From positions 2,040,001 to 2,072,000 of the forward strand of contig NZ_CP036280.1 of assembly GCF_007748075.1 (NCBI RefSeq): 32,000 nucleotides of DNA, read 5' to 3'. A model generated the notes under the pieces. The model worked only from the letters and a program-made list of their open reading frames with translations, did not search any database and had not been told where the DNA came from. How positions within the stretch are numbered: the first letter of the stretch is position 1; every line of letters begins with the position of its first letter. A program made the position numbers and the translations under genes. Below are positions 11,300 to 19,824 of the stretch, piece after piece. This DNA is from Mucisphaera calidilacus. Its GTDB lineage: Bacteria > Planctomycetota > Phycisphaerae > Phycisphaerales > Phycisphaeraceae.

Positions 11300-12064
11300 A
11301 TGCTTACGAATCCACCCACAGACCGACGCCAACCGGGAGGCTTCACCCTCATCGAACTCCTGGTCGTGATCTCGATCATCGCCCTGCTCATCGGCATCCT
11401 CCTCCCCGCACTCTCCGCCGCCAAACGCACCGCTCGCGTCCTCCAGTGCGGCACCAACCTCCGCCAGATCGGTGTCGCCTGGCAGCTCTACCTCATGGAC
11501 TACGACGAACGCTTCCCCAAGTTCCGCCAGCACATGCACTGGGTCTATGGCGGCATGAGCGGCCCCGACACCGTCACCACCTGGGACGACAACGCACCCT
11601 TCGAACGCCCCCTCAACCCCTACGTCGGGCTCGCCACCAACAACACCCAGGGCCTCGACACCTTCCGCTGCCCCGAGTCACGCCCCTACCACGACATCGA
11701 TGGCAACGGCGGCAGCAATGGACACGACGCCTACGACTACTGGGGCAACACCTACATGCTCAACACGGTCCTCACCCCCACACCCTCCCAGAGAGACACC
11801 AACGTCGCCCTCTTCGAATCCGGGCTTTCGGAATCACGCATCGTCCTCGCAGGCGACATGATGTGGTACTTCACTGTGAACTTCAGCGAACGATGGCAGT
11901 GGGACGCACACTTCCACAACCGCGACTACAAGATGAACCTCCTCTTCCTCGACGGACACGTCGCCTTCACCCAGCTCTACCGCAACGTCGCACAGACCGA
12001 CACCTACAGCTTCCCCCTCGTCCAACTCCCACCCGACGACGCCCAGGCAGCACCGGAAAACTGA
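11300..12064 (+). CDS. Prepilin-type N-terminal cleavage/methylation domain protein (DUF1559 / H-X9-DG-like), paralog of 604..1347
   Basis: [33 protein letters not shown] leader. Shares FRCP and RPLNPYVG blocks with the first paralog. C-terminal [21 protein letters not shown] at 11300 preceded by gaggtga. Confidence 0.85.
   Translation: MLTNPPTDRRQPGGFTLIELLVVISIIALLIGILLPALSAAKRTARVLQCGTNLRQIGVAWQLYLMDYDERFPKFRQHMHWVYGGMSGPDTVTTWDDNAPFERPLNPYVGLATNNTQGLDTFRCPESRPYHDIDGNGGSNGHDAYDYWGNTYMLNTVLTPTPSQRDTNVALFESGLSESRIVLAGDMMWYFTVNFSERWQWDAHFHNRDYKMNLLFLDGHVAFTQLYRNVAQTDTYSFPLVQLPPDDAQAAPEN
11339..11421 (+). repeat. 83-nt copy B of the prepilin-leader coding segment
   Basis: 79/83 identical to 652..734. 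All four differences are synonymous. Confidence 0.85.
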
Positions 12065-12299
12065 CAATCATTGCGCAGAAAAAACAAGGCACACTCGGAC
12101 GCCGCAGCGCCCGGGCATGACCTCGTTGCCACAACCCGCCCCGATTTCCACCCTCCGCCCCGCTCGTACCCCTTCTCCTAAATGACTACGCCGGAAATCA
12201 CCCCCGCCTGCGCACCCACACAGATATTTTTGTGTTATAAGTAAAACCCTTAGCCTGAAAAAACGTTGCCGAGTCCATGCACCGGAGAGGGCCTCTTGC

Positions 12300-13193
12300 A
12301 TGTCCGATCGTTCTCAGGAAGTTTCAGACGAACATCTGGATAACCCCCGACTCGCCAGCGAACAAGACGCTAAACCCTCCGTCCTCACCGAGCAGGACCT
12401 CCGCAACGTCATCAAACTCCTGCTCAACGTCATGCAGACCGAGGGATCCACAAGCATCAAAAAACGCGCCCTCATGCAGGGCCTCGCCGAACTCGTCGAC
12501 GCCGACTCCTGGATCTGGACCATCTCACGCGACGTCCACGAAGGCGGCACACCCGTCTCCGTCTGGATGATCCATGGCGGACTCTCCGAATCCCAGATCT
12601 CCGCGCTCCTCCAGTACACCCAGGACACCACCGTCGAACGACCCGAAGACGATGTCGTCTTCAAGCTCCAGAAGTCAGGCGAACACTTCACCCGCCGACG
12701 GCAGCAGATGATGCCCGACGAGGCATTCAAGAACGCCTCCGGCATGAAACGCTACGGCAAACAGATCAATATCGACCAGTACGTCTTCTCCATCTACCCC
12801 CTCGACGAACCCGACATGATCTCCGCCGTCGGCATGCACCGTCGCAACGGACGCCCACCCTTCTCCGAACGCGAGGCCCGACTCATCCACATCGTCTGCA
12901 GCGAGATCCGCTGGCTCCACTACAGCGACATCCCCGCCAACAAGGCCCGCGAATCCCTCGACCTCACGCCGCGGCAACGCACCGTCTTCATGATGATCCT
13001 CCAGGGAACCAGCCCACGCGACATCGCCGGACAACTCGAAATCAGCATCCACACCGTTAACGACCACATCAAGGCCATCTACCGACACTTCCACGTCGCC
13101 AGCCGAAACGAACTCATCGCACGGTTCATGCAATGCGACGGCGGCGACACCACCCCACCCCGCACCGAAACAAAAAAAGACCCCGACGGTTGA
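12300..13193 (+). CDS. LuxR/GerE-family transcriptional regulator with an unassigned ~200-aa N-terminal domain
   Basis: C-terminal HTH LTPRQRTVFMMILQGTSPRDIAGQLEISIHTVNDHIKAIYRHFHVASRNELIARF is a clear GerE/LuxR-type domain. The N-terminal domain has no receiver (no D-D-K pattern) or other motif I can name. Confidence 0.8.
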   Translation: MSDRSQEVSDEHLDNPRLASEQDAKPSVLTEQDLRNVIKLLLNVMQTEGSTSIKKRALMQGLAELVDADSWIWTISRDVHEGGTPVSVWMIHGGLSESQISALLQYTQDTTVERPEDDVVFKLQKSGEHFTRRRQQMMPDEAFKNASGMKRYGKQINIDQYVFSIYPLDEPDMISAVGMHRRNGRPPFSEREARLIHIVCSEIRWLHYSDIPANKARESLDLTPRQRTVFMMILQGTSPRDIAGQLEISIHTVNDHIKAIYRHFHVASRNELIARFMQCDGGDTTPPRTETKKDPDG

Positions 13194-13230
13194 ACCGCCG
13201 AGGCCTCGCTCATCTCAAGATCTGATCGCG

Positions 13231-14208
13231 TCAGTTCAGGAAGTCGTGCTCCATCTGCTCACGCAACTTCTCCAACGCGCGATTCTGGATCTGACGCACA
13301 CGCTCCTTCGTCACGCCGATCGTCTTGCCGACCTGCTCCAGCGTGAACCCGCGACCGTTCGGCCGACGCGTCTCCGCACGCAGCCCGAAGCGGTGATCCA
13401 GCACCGCCTTCTCGACGTCCGACAACTCAGCCCGGTTTGTCTTCAACAGATCGCCGACCTCATCGATGCAGTCTTCCTCGTGCGTCTCGCGCAGCTTCTC
13501 CATGAAGTCCGACCGCTCGAACTTCGGGTCATACGCCGCGGGGAACATCCGCTTGTGACGCGTCTGCTTCTGACCCGCACGGCTGAACGCCTTGAGAATC
13601 GCGCGGCAGGCGTACGTCGAAAACTTGAAGCCACGCGAAGCATCAAACTTGTCCACCGCTCGCATCAACGCCATGTTGCCCTCGGACACCAGGTCCGCGA
13701 ACTCCAGGTCCGTCAGCTTCACACGCTTGGCCATCGCCAGCACCAGCGCCAGGTTCGTGTTCGCCACCTGCTCACGGTACGCCTCCGCGCGCTCGTGCCA
13801 CCTCAGGAATCGAACCGCCATGTCCTCGTTGAGCTTCCGCTGGCGACGCAGCCGGTCGTGCAGCTTCGACGCCCGGTACCGCGCGTAGTTGAACTGCAGA
13901 AAGAGCGCCTGCTCCTGCTTCGCCGTCAACAACACCGTCCCGCCCGTCACCGGGTTCGCGTGCACACCCAGCACGTCATCGATCATCGGCGCGTACCAGC
14001 GCGTGTCCGGCTCGGGCACCTCCACCGCGTCGCGATAGATCAGCTTCTCCGCACGCGCCGGAGGCTCGTGGAACAACTCGTGATCCATGTAGTCATACAC
14101 CTCAAGCTCAAGCAGCGACGCCAGCGTCTCGCGCTGAACACGGGTCAACAACGAGCCCGAGCGACGCTTGGACTTGGGTTCTGAGGTGAGGGAAAAAGCT
14201 GCGGCCAT
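13231..14208 (-). CDS. RNA polymerase sigma-70 family factor (non-ECF, regions 2-4 present)
   Basis: Region 2 DLVSEGNMALMRAVDKFDASRGFKFSTYACRAI. Region 4.2 FTLEQVGKTIGVTKERVRQIQNRALEKLR. GGGAGG RBS followed by ATG at 14208 (MAAAFSL...). The longer ORF-track extension to 14700 crosses an AT-rich intergenic region and was rejected. Confidence 0.85.
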   Translation of the reverse strand: MAAAFSLTSEPKSKRRSGSLLTRVQRETLASLLELEVYDYMDHELFHEPPARAEKLIYRDAVEVPEPDTRWYAPMIDDVLGVHANPVTGGTVLLTAKQEQALFLQFNYARYRASKLHDRLRRQRKLNEDMAVRFLRWHERAEAYREQVANTNLALVLAMAKRVKLTDLEFADLVSEGNMALMRAVDKFDASRGFKFSTYACRAILKAFSRAGQKQTRHKRMFPAAYDPKFERSDFMEKLRETHEEDCIDEVGDLLKTNRAELSDVEKAVLDHRFGLRAETRRPNGRGFTLEQVGKTIGVTKERVRQIQNRALEKLREQMEHDFLN

Positions 14209-14378
14209 GGGACCTCCCTGTGGTGATGAGCGGTATTCCGTTATGACAGTCCGCCACTGAGTCCTCATAATCCGATTGAACCTAGAATAATTCCAAAAAT
14301 CAAGATCTTTTTCCCGGACCCGCACAGCCGTCACAATGGATAAATCGAAATCCAACTCAATTCGTCCTGATTCAGGGC

Positions 14379-14428
14379 TATAATGTGGTTGTAACGACCT
14401 GAGATCGGTCTGGAATATTCCGATCTCA
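14379..14428 (+). promoter_or_regulatory. Candidate sod promoter -10 element plus downstream palindromic operator or leader hairpin
   Basis: Perfect TATAAT at 14379-14384 in an AT-rich intergenic region; the -35 is poor. A 9-bp inverted repeat tgagatcgg-N11-ccgatctca spans 14400-14428, with an internal 10-bp palindrome ggaatattcc. It ends 30 nt upstream of the sod ATG. Confidence 0.35.
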
Positions 14429-14457
14429 CACAGAATGAACGACTTATGGAGATACCC

Positions 14458-15093
<636 letters not shown>

Positions 15094-15115
15094 GACACAA
15101 CACCATCACAACACA

Positions 15116-15146
15116 ACCGTGGTCGTCACAACGACCACGGTTTTTC
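15116..15146 (+). terminator. Rho-independent terminator after sod
   Basis: Perfect 11-bp stem accgtggtcgt / acgaccacggt, 4-nt loop caca, followed by ttttt. Confidence 0.75.
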
Positions 15147-15267
15147 ATGCGCGTAAGGCCCGTCTTATCGGCCCTGCACAAGAAGCGGACGCGGGAAGAT
15201 AGGCGAACCGATATCCTCATGGGTAACACGCCTGCGGCTCCTGAACACCCCCCAGAGACACCGACGC

Positions 15268-16692
15268 ATGAGACACTACGACGCCGTCGTTATCGGAACC
15301 GGCCCGGCGGGCCAGAAGGCGGCGATCCAGGCCGCCAAGCTCGGCAAGAGCGTCGCCATCATCGAGAAGGGCTCCGTCCTCGGCGGGGCGCAGGTCAACA
15401 CCGGCACCGTCCCCTCCAAGGCGCTGCGCGAAGCCGCCATGCACCTCACCGGCGCCGGCAAACGCGGGCTCTTCGGCGAGTCCTACCGCGTCAAGAAGAC
15501 CATCACCATCCGTGACCTCGTCTCCGTCTCCCAGCAGGTCATCCGCAACGAGTGGGAGGTCATCCGCGAACAGCTCGACCGCAACGGCGTCGACCTGCTC
15601 TGGGGCAAGGCCCACTTCGAGGGACCCAACCTCGTCCAGATCGTCGGGCCGGACCACGCCGAGATGGTCACCGGCGACGTCTTCGTACTCTGCGTCGGCA
15701 CGCGACCCGCCACCCCCGACCACGTCCCCTTCAACGACAACAACATCCTCACCTCCGACAGCTTCCTGCAGGTCGACCGCCTGCCCCGAAGCCTCATCGT
15801 CGTCGGCGGCGGCGTCATCGGCACCGAGTACGCCTGCATCATGGCGACGCTCGGCGTCAAGGTCACGCTCGTCGAGGGCCGCCCGAAGCTCCTCGGCTTC
15901 ATCGACAGCGAGATCTCCGAGGCGCTGCAGTTCTACATGCGCCGCGAAGGCGTGACGCTACGGCTCGGCGAGAAGGTGGACCGCATCTACGAGATCCCGG
16001 AGGAGGAGCGGCAGAACACCAACGGCTCGGGCGGGCCGCAGGTCGTAGCCCAACTCGAGTCGGGCAAGACGCTTAAGGCCGAGTGCCTGCTCTACGCCAT
16101 CGGCCGCCAGGGCGTCTGCGGCGACCTCGGGCTGGACAACGTCGGTGTGGCTTACGACGACCGCGAGCGGCTGAGCGTCAACGAGCGCTACCAGACGAGT
16201 GTGCCGCATGTCTATGCGGCGGGGGATGTTATTGGTTTTCCGTCGCTGGCTTCGACGTCGATGGAACAGGGTCGGCGGGCGATGTGCCACGCGTTGGGCA
16301 CCGAGATCGAGAACTGGAACACCGAGCTGTTCCCCTACGGGATCTACGGCGTGCCGGAGATCTCGATGGTCGGCAAGACCGAGGAGCAGCTGACCGACGA
16401 GGGCATCCCCTACGAGGCGGGGATCGCGAGTTATAAAGAGATTGCCCGCGGGCAGTTACTGGGCGATGAGTTCGGCATGCTCAAGGTGCTGATCCATCAG
16501 GAGAACCACACGATCCTCGGCGTGCACGCGATCGGATCGGGGGCGACGGAGATCATCCACATCGGGCAGGCGGTGATGGCCCACGGGGGCAAGGCGGAGT
16601 ACTTCATCAACAACGTCTTCAACTTCCCGACGCTGGCCGAGGCGTACAAGGTGGCGGCGTACAACGGGCTGAACAAACTGGCCCACGTGTGA
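15268..16692 (+). CDS. sthA: Soluble pyridine nucleotide transhydrogenase (flavoprotein disulfide-reductase fold)
   Basis: FAD fold YDAVVIGTGPAGQKAA. Blocks parallel E. coli SthA: KAECLLYAIGRQG, YQTSVPHVYAAGDVIGFPSLASTSMEQGRRA, GIYGVPEISMVGKTEEQL and IIHIGQAVMAHGGKAEYFINNVFNFPTLAEAYKVAAYNGLNKL. There is no CxxxxC redox disulfide (GGAQVNTGTVPSKAL), which fits a transhydrogenase rather than LpdA. Confidence 0.87.
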   Translation: MRHYDAVVIGTGPAGQKAAIQAAKLGKSVAIIEKGSVLGGAQVNTGTVPSKALREAAMHLTGAGKRGLFGESYRVKKTITIRDLVSVSQQVIRNEWEVIREQLDRNGVDLLWGKAHFEGPNLVQIVGPDHAEMVTGDVFVLCVGTRPATPDHVPFNDNNILTSDSFLQVDRLPRSLIVVGGGVIGTEYACIMATLGVKVTLVEGRPKLLGFIDSEISEALQFYMRREGVTLRLGEKVDRIYEIPEEERQNTNGSGGPQVVAQLESGKTLKAECLLYAIGRQGVCGDLGLDNVGVAYDDRERLSVNERYQTSVPHVYAAGDVIGFPSLASTSMEQGRRAMCHALGTEIENWNTELFPYGIYGVPEISMVGKTEEQLTDEGIPYEAGIASYKEIARGQLLGDEFGMLKVLIHQENHTILGVHAIGSGATEIIHIGQAVMAHGGKAEYFINNVFNFPTLAEAYKVAAYNGLNKLAHV

Positions 16693-16745
16693 GGGTTTGG
16701 GCTGAGTCCGTCGCGCACAATCTGACAACTTTGCAGGAATTTACA

Positions 16746-16838
16746 TTTTTTCGGGTTCGTTTCGGGTCGTTTTCGAGCGTTTTGGGTTCGTTTTCGTCCG
16801 TTTTGGAGCGTTTTGGTCCAAAAAGGGCCTGTTTTTGG
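16746..16838. repeat. Helically phased T-tract / CGTTTYSG short tandem array in the sthA-downstream intergenic region
   Basis: Units cgtttcgg, cgttttcg, cgttttgg, cgttttcg, cgttttgg, cgttttgg start at 16758, 16768, 16778, 16789, 16799 and 16809 (spacing 10,10,11,10,10). Flanked by T6 at 16746, A5 at 16820 and T5 at 16832. gagcgttttgg occurs twice, 31 bp apart. Looser copies lie at 16913 (cggttttcgg) and 16952 (cgttttca). Confidence 0.85.
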
Positions 16839-16991
16839 TCGCGATGTGCGCACAAAGACCGTCATCGTGCGCGCGACCCCTGAAATCGGGAGGTCGGGGT
16901 GAAAGAAAGTATCGGTTTTCGGAAGCGGCGGTATACTGATGGAACCTGTGTCGTTTTCATCTGATTTCCGCCTTCCGAGGAGGACTTGGAC

Positions 16992-18875
16992 ATGCTGGGA
17001 TTGACGAAGCGTGGCGTGGTGTTGGGGGTTGTTCTGGGTCTGGGTTTGGGCGTCTGTCCTGCGGCGGATGCGGAGCCGACGGTGATCGACGGGGTCGTGC
17101 GTTCGGAGGGCGGGAACCTCCGGCTGACGGGTGACCCGCTGGTGTTCACCGGCGAGGCGTACGCGGGCCGCCTGCCGACCGAGGACTCGTTTCCTTCTGA
17201 TCACGCGGGCACGATTACGTTTGAGCGTGTTGAGGGGGAGGGCGGTCGTTTCTTTGCGGGGGTCAGAAGCAGTATCACGGTTGAAGCGACGACGGGGCCG
17301 GGCCTGTTTCTTGATCAGGTCTATGTCGATACGAGGAGTTCCTACCGGGGTGTTCTCATCGATGAGGCCGAGCGTGTGTCGATCGAGCATGCGGAGGTTC
17401 TGTCGGGCAGTTTCACGAGCCTGGCGAGTGAGCTGGCGATCGGCGCGATGTCGGTCAGCGGCAGGGATTCGCAGGTCTACCTCGCGGGCGACGGTCTCCA
17501 GCGGCTCGACGAACTGGTCGCGTCGGAGCACGCGTGGGTTGGGATTTCCGGCCTGAACGCGGGTGGTTCGTCGAGCGGTCGTCCGAGCGGGTGGTATCTG
17601 TCGAGACTGGATTTTGAGGATGCCACGCTGGTGCTGGACGGCAGCGTGTACGAGACGTATATCACGATGACTGGCGGCCGTCTTGACCTTGGTGGCCTGA
17701 CCGGGGAGGCGCTGAATCTTGGGTATCGAACGCGGTTTGTGCTGCGTGAGAGCGTGGTGCGGGTGGAGGAGCCTTATCGGTTTGATGACCTGCAGGATCG
17801 GGTCGACTTTTCTCGGTCTGAGGGTGCGGTGCTGGCGTTGACGGAGCACCTGCTACCGAACGATGCGGGTGTTCTGCACCTGACGCCGACGTGGGAAAGG
17901 TATGAGTTGCGTTCTGGTGAACGGCTGAGCAACGTGCGTGTGACGGGTGCGTCGCTGGTGGGCGTGGACGTCGCGGAATCGTCTGGTGGGCGCGGGGGGC
18001 CCTACCCTTCCGGTAGGATCGAGGATGCTGTGGTGGAGGTGCCGGTTCGCGGGGGGTATCCGTTGTTTGCGGGCGAGGTTGTGTTGACCGGGGGTGTGGT
18101 GCTGGACCGTGCTTTTGTCGAGGGCATCCTGACGGTGGATGCAGAGCGTGATTTTTCGATCGAATATCTTGAGGTGAGCGGGTTGCTGGAGACAGAGCGA
18201 GGCGGGCGTCTGGAGGTTCCCGCGGATCACTTCTGGCAGTTGCGTGGCGGTGCGGTGCGTGCGGGTGCGTTGGTGGTGGAGGGCGAGGTCTCGCTGATGC
18301 ATGGGGATGAGGCGGCGTCGATTTTTGGCGATCTGGTTCTGACGGATGAGGCGACCGCGTTGTTCGATGTCACGGATCGGGTTGACGGTGTTTATCGCCT
18401 GAGTTCGGCGCGGGTGGAGGTGATCGGCCGGGCGGAGTTGGGCGGGCACGCCGAGTTCAGGTTTTATGGGCCTGAGGTTTTGCCGCTCTTCGGTCAGCGT
18501 GAATTGCTGATGCGGCCGTCGGAGGGGATTGAGGGTCGTTTCGCGACGGTCGGTGGCGTGATGCTTGGCGAGGGTTTGGGGCTGGCGGTGTGGTACAGCG
18601 ATTATTCGGTGTTGACGGAGGTGGCTTACCTCGGCGACGCGGATCTGGACCGGCGTGTGGATCTGGATGACCTGTCGGTCCTGGCGGAGCATTTTGGTGA
18701 GGATGGCGCGGTGTGGCGGGAGGGGGATTTCAATGGTGATGGCGTGGTGGACCTGATGGATCTGAGTCTGCTGGCGGGGAACTTCGGGCGGTCGGGCGTG
18801 CCCGCGGTCCCGGAGCCGGGTGTGGGTTTGTTGCTCGGGGTTGGGCTGGTGTTGCGGGGCGGGGTTCGGGGCTGA
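16992..18875 (+). CDS. Large secreted PEP-CTERM protein with C-terminal dockerin-like Ca-binding repeats
   Basis: gaggagga RBS then ATG 16992. Signal peptide LGLTKRGVVLGVVLGLGLGVCPAADA. Dockerin-like pair DADLDRRVDLDDLSVLAEHFG and GDFNGDGVVDLMDLSLLAGNFG. Terminal VPEPGVGLLLGVGLVLRGGVRG is a PEP-CTERM. The central ~500 aa are unassigned, possibly beta-helical. Confidence 0.75.
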   Translation: MLGLTKRGVVLGVVLGLGLGVCPAADAEPTVIDGVVRSEGGNLRLTGDPLVFTGEAYAGRLPTEDSFPSDHAGTITFERVEGEGGRFFAGVRSSITVEATTGPGLFLDQVYVDTRSSYRGVLIDEAERVSIEHAEVLSGSFTSLASELAIGAMSVSGRDSQVYLAGDGLQRLDELVASEHAWVGISGLNAGGSSSGRPSGWYLSRLDFEDATLVLDGSVYETYITMTGGRLDLGGLTGEALNLGYRTRFVLRESVVRVEEPYRFDDLQDRVDFSRSEGAVLALTEHLLPNDAGVLHLTPTWERYELRSGERLSNVRVTGASLVGVDVAESSGGRGGPYPSGRIEDAVVEVPVRGGYPLFAGEVVLTGGVVLDRAFVEGILTVDAERDFSIEYLEVSGLLETERGGRLEVPADHFWQLRGGAVRAGALVVEGEVSLMHGDEAASIFGDLVLTDEATALFDVTDRVDGVYRLSSARVEVIGRAELGGHAEFRFYGPEVLPLFGQRELLMRPSEGIEGRFATVGGVMLGEGLGLAVWYSDYSVLTEVAYLGDADLDRRVDLDDLSVLAEHFGEDGAVWREGDFNGDGVVDLMDLSLLAGNFGRSGVPAVPEPGVGLLLGVGLVLRGGVRG

Positions 18876-18913
18876 GGGTGGAGGGTGCGTTTGTGTGCGG
18901 TGCGGTTGCGTTG

Positions 18914-19702
18914 TCAGAGGATGGGGATGGGGGGTGAGTCGTCGAAGCGGTCTTCGTGGACTTCGATGCTGCCGTTGTTGTGTTGGGTTGCGATGCCGAG
19001 GTCCTGGAGTGCCTGCAGGGCGGCTTTCTGTTCGGCTTCTTTTTTGCTGTTGGCCCATGCGGAGGTGTATTTGTGTCCGCCTATTTCGACGCAGACCTCG
19101 AAGGCCTTGGCGTGGTCGGGTCCTTTTTCGTCGAGGAGGATGTAGGCGGGGTTGCCCGGGAGGTGCCGCTGGGTGTAGTGCTGTAGGACGCTTTTGAAGT
19201 TGTGCTGGTGGAGAGAGTTGGTGGCTTCTTCGAGGATGTCGTCGAGGGCGTGGAGGATAAATTGTTTGGCGGCGGGGTATCCGGCGTCGAGGTAGATGGC
19301 GGCGATGACGGACTCGAAGACGGCGGCGGCGACGCTGGTGGGCAGGTCGGTGCCGGCCTCCATGCCCTTGCCGAGTTTGAGGCAGTCGGGGAGGCCGAGT
19401 TTTCGGCTGACCTTGGCGCAGGCTCGTCGGCTGACGACAGCGGACTTGATCTTGGTGAGTTCGCCTTCCTGTTCGGAGGGCAGTTCGTGGAAGAGGTATT
19501 CGCAGACGACCTGTCCGAGTACGGCGTCGCCGAGGAACTCGAGTCGCTCGTTGCTTTCGAGTCGGTCGCCGATGCTTGAGGCGTGGGTGAAGGCGCGTTT
19601 GAGGAGGTCTCGGTCGTCGAACTGGTGACCGAGGCGTTGCTGGCAGTCGTTGATGAGTTCGTGATCCATATTGCTGTTCTGGCAGTCGATGACCTGAGGC
19701 AT
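18914..19702 (-). CDS. rnc: Ribonuclease III
   Basis: RNase III signature ERLEFLGDAVLGQVV. C-terminal dsRBD FKSVLQHYTQRHLPGNPAYILLDEKGPDHAKAFEVCVEIGGHKYTSAWANSKKEAEQKAALQAL. Start is ATG 19702 or the internal ATG 19669. Confidence 0.92.
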   Translation of the reverse strand: MPQVIDCQNSNMDHELINDCQQRLGHQFDDRDLLKRAFTHASSIGDRLESNERLEFLGDAVLGQVVCEYLFHELPSEQEGELTKIKSAVVSRRACAKVSRKLGLPDCLKLGKGMEAGTDLPTSVAAAVFESVIAAIYLDAGYPAAKQFILHALDDILEEATNSLHQHNFKSVLQHYTQRHLPGNPAYILLDEKGPDHAKAFEVCVEIGGHKYTSAWANSKKEAEQKAALQALQDLGIATQHNNGSIEVHEDRFDDSPPIPIL

Positions 19703-19824
19703 CCTGCGGGTTGAGGGGCGGAGGTGAGACTTCGGACGATTGTATCCTGTCGGGTGCGTTCGATTTGCGCGAATAGGCGGTTTGGGTGGTTGTCAGCTTG
19801 CCGCGACGTGGTTAGTCTCACCGC

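Noticed and set aside
16746-16838. Whether the short tandem array could be a CRISPR array or a minisatellite.
   Set aside because: Units are only 8-11 bp, are contiguous with no spacers, and there are no cas genes. The period equals the helical repeat, so it is better described as phased T-tracts or iteron-like sites.
16693-16991. Search for consensus DnaA boxes (TTATCCACA / TGTGGATAA) to support an oriC call.
   Set aside because: By eye no site better than about 5/9 was seen in this intergenic region. The best match in the window is a single TTATCCAAA (9344-9352), just downstream of the terminator hairpin. The origin interpretation therefore rests on skew polarity only and is labelled as a hypothesis.
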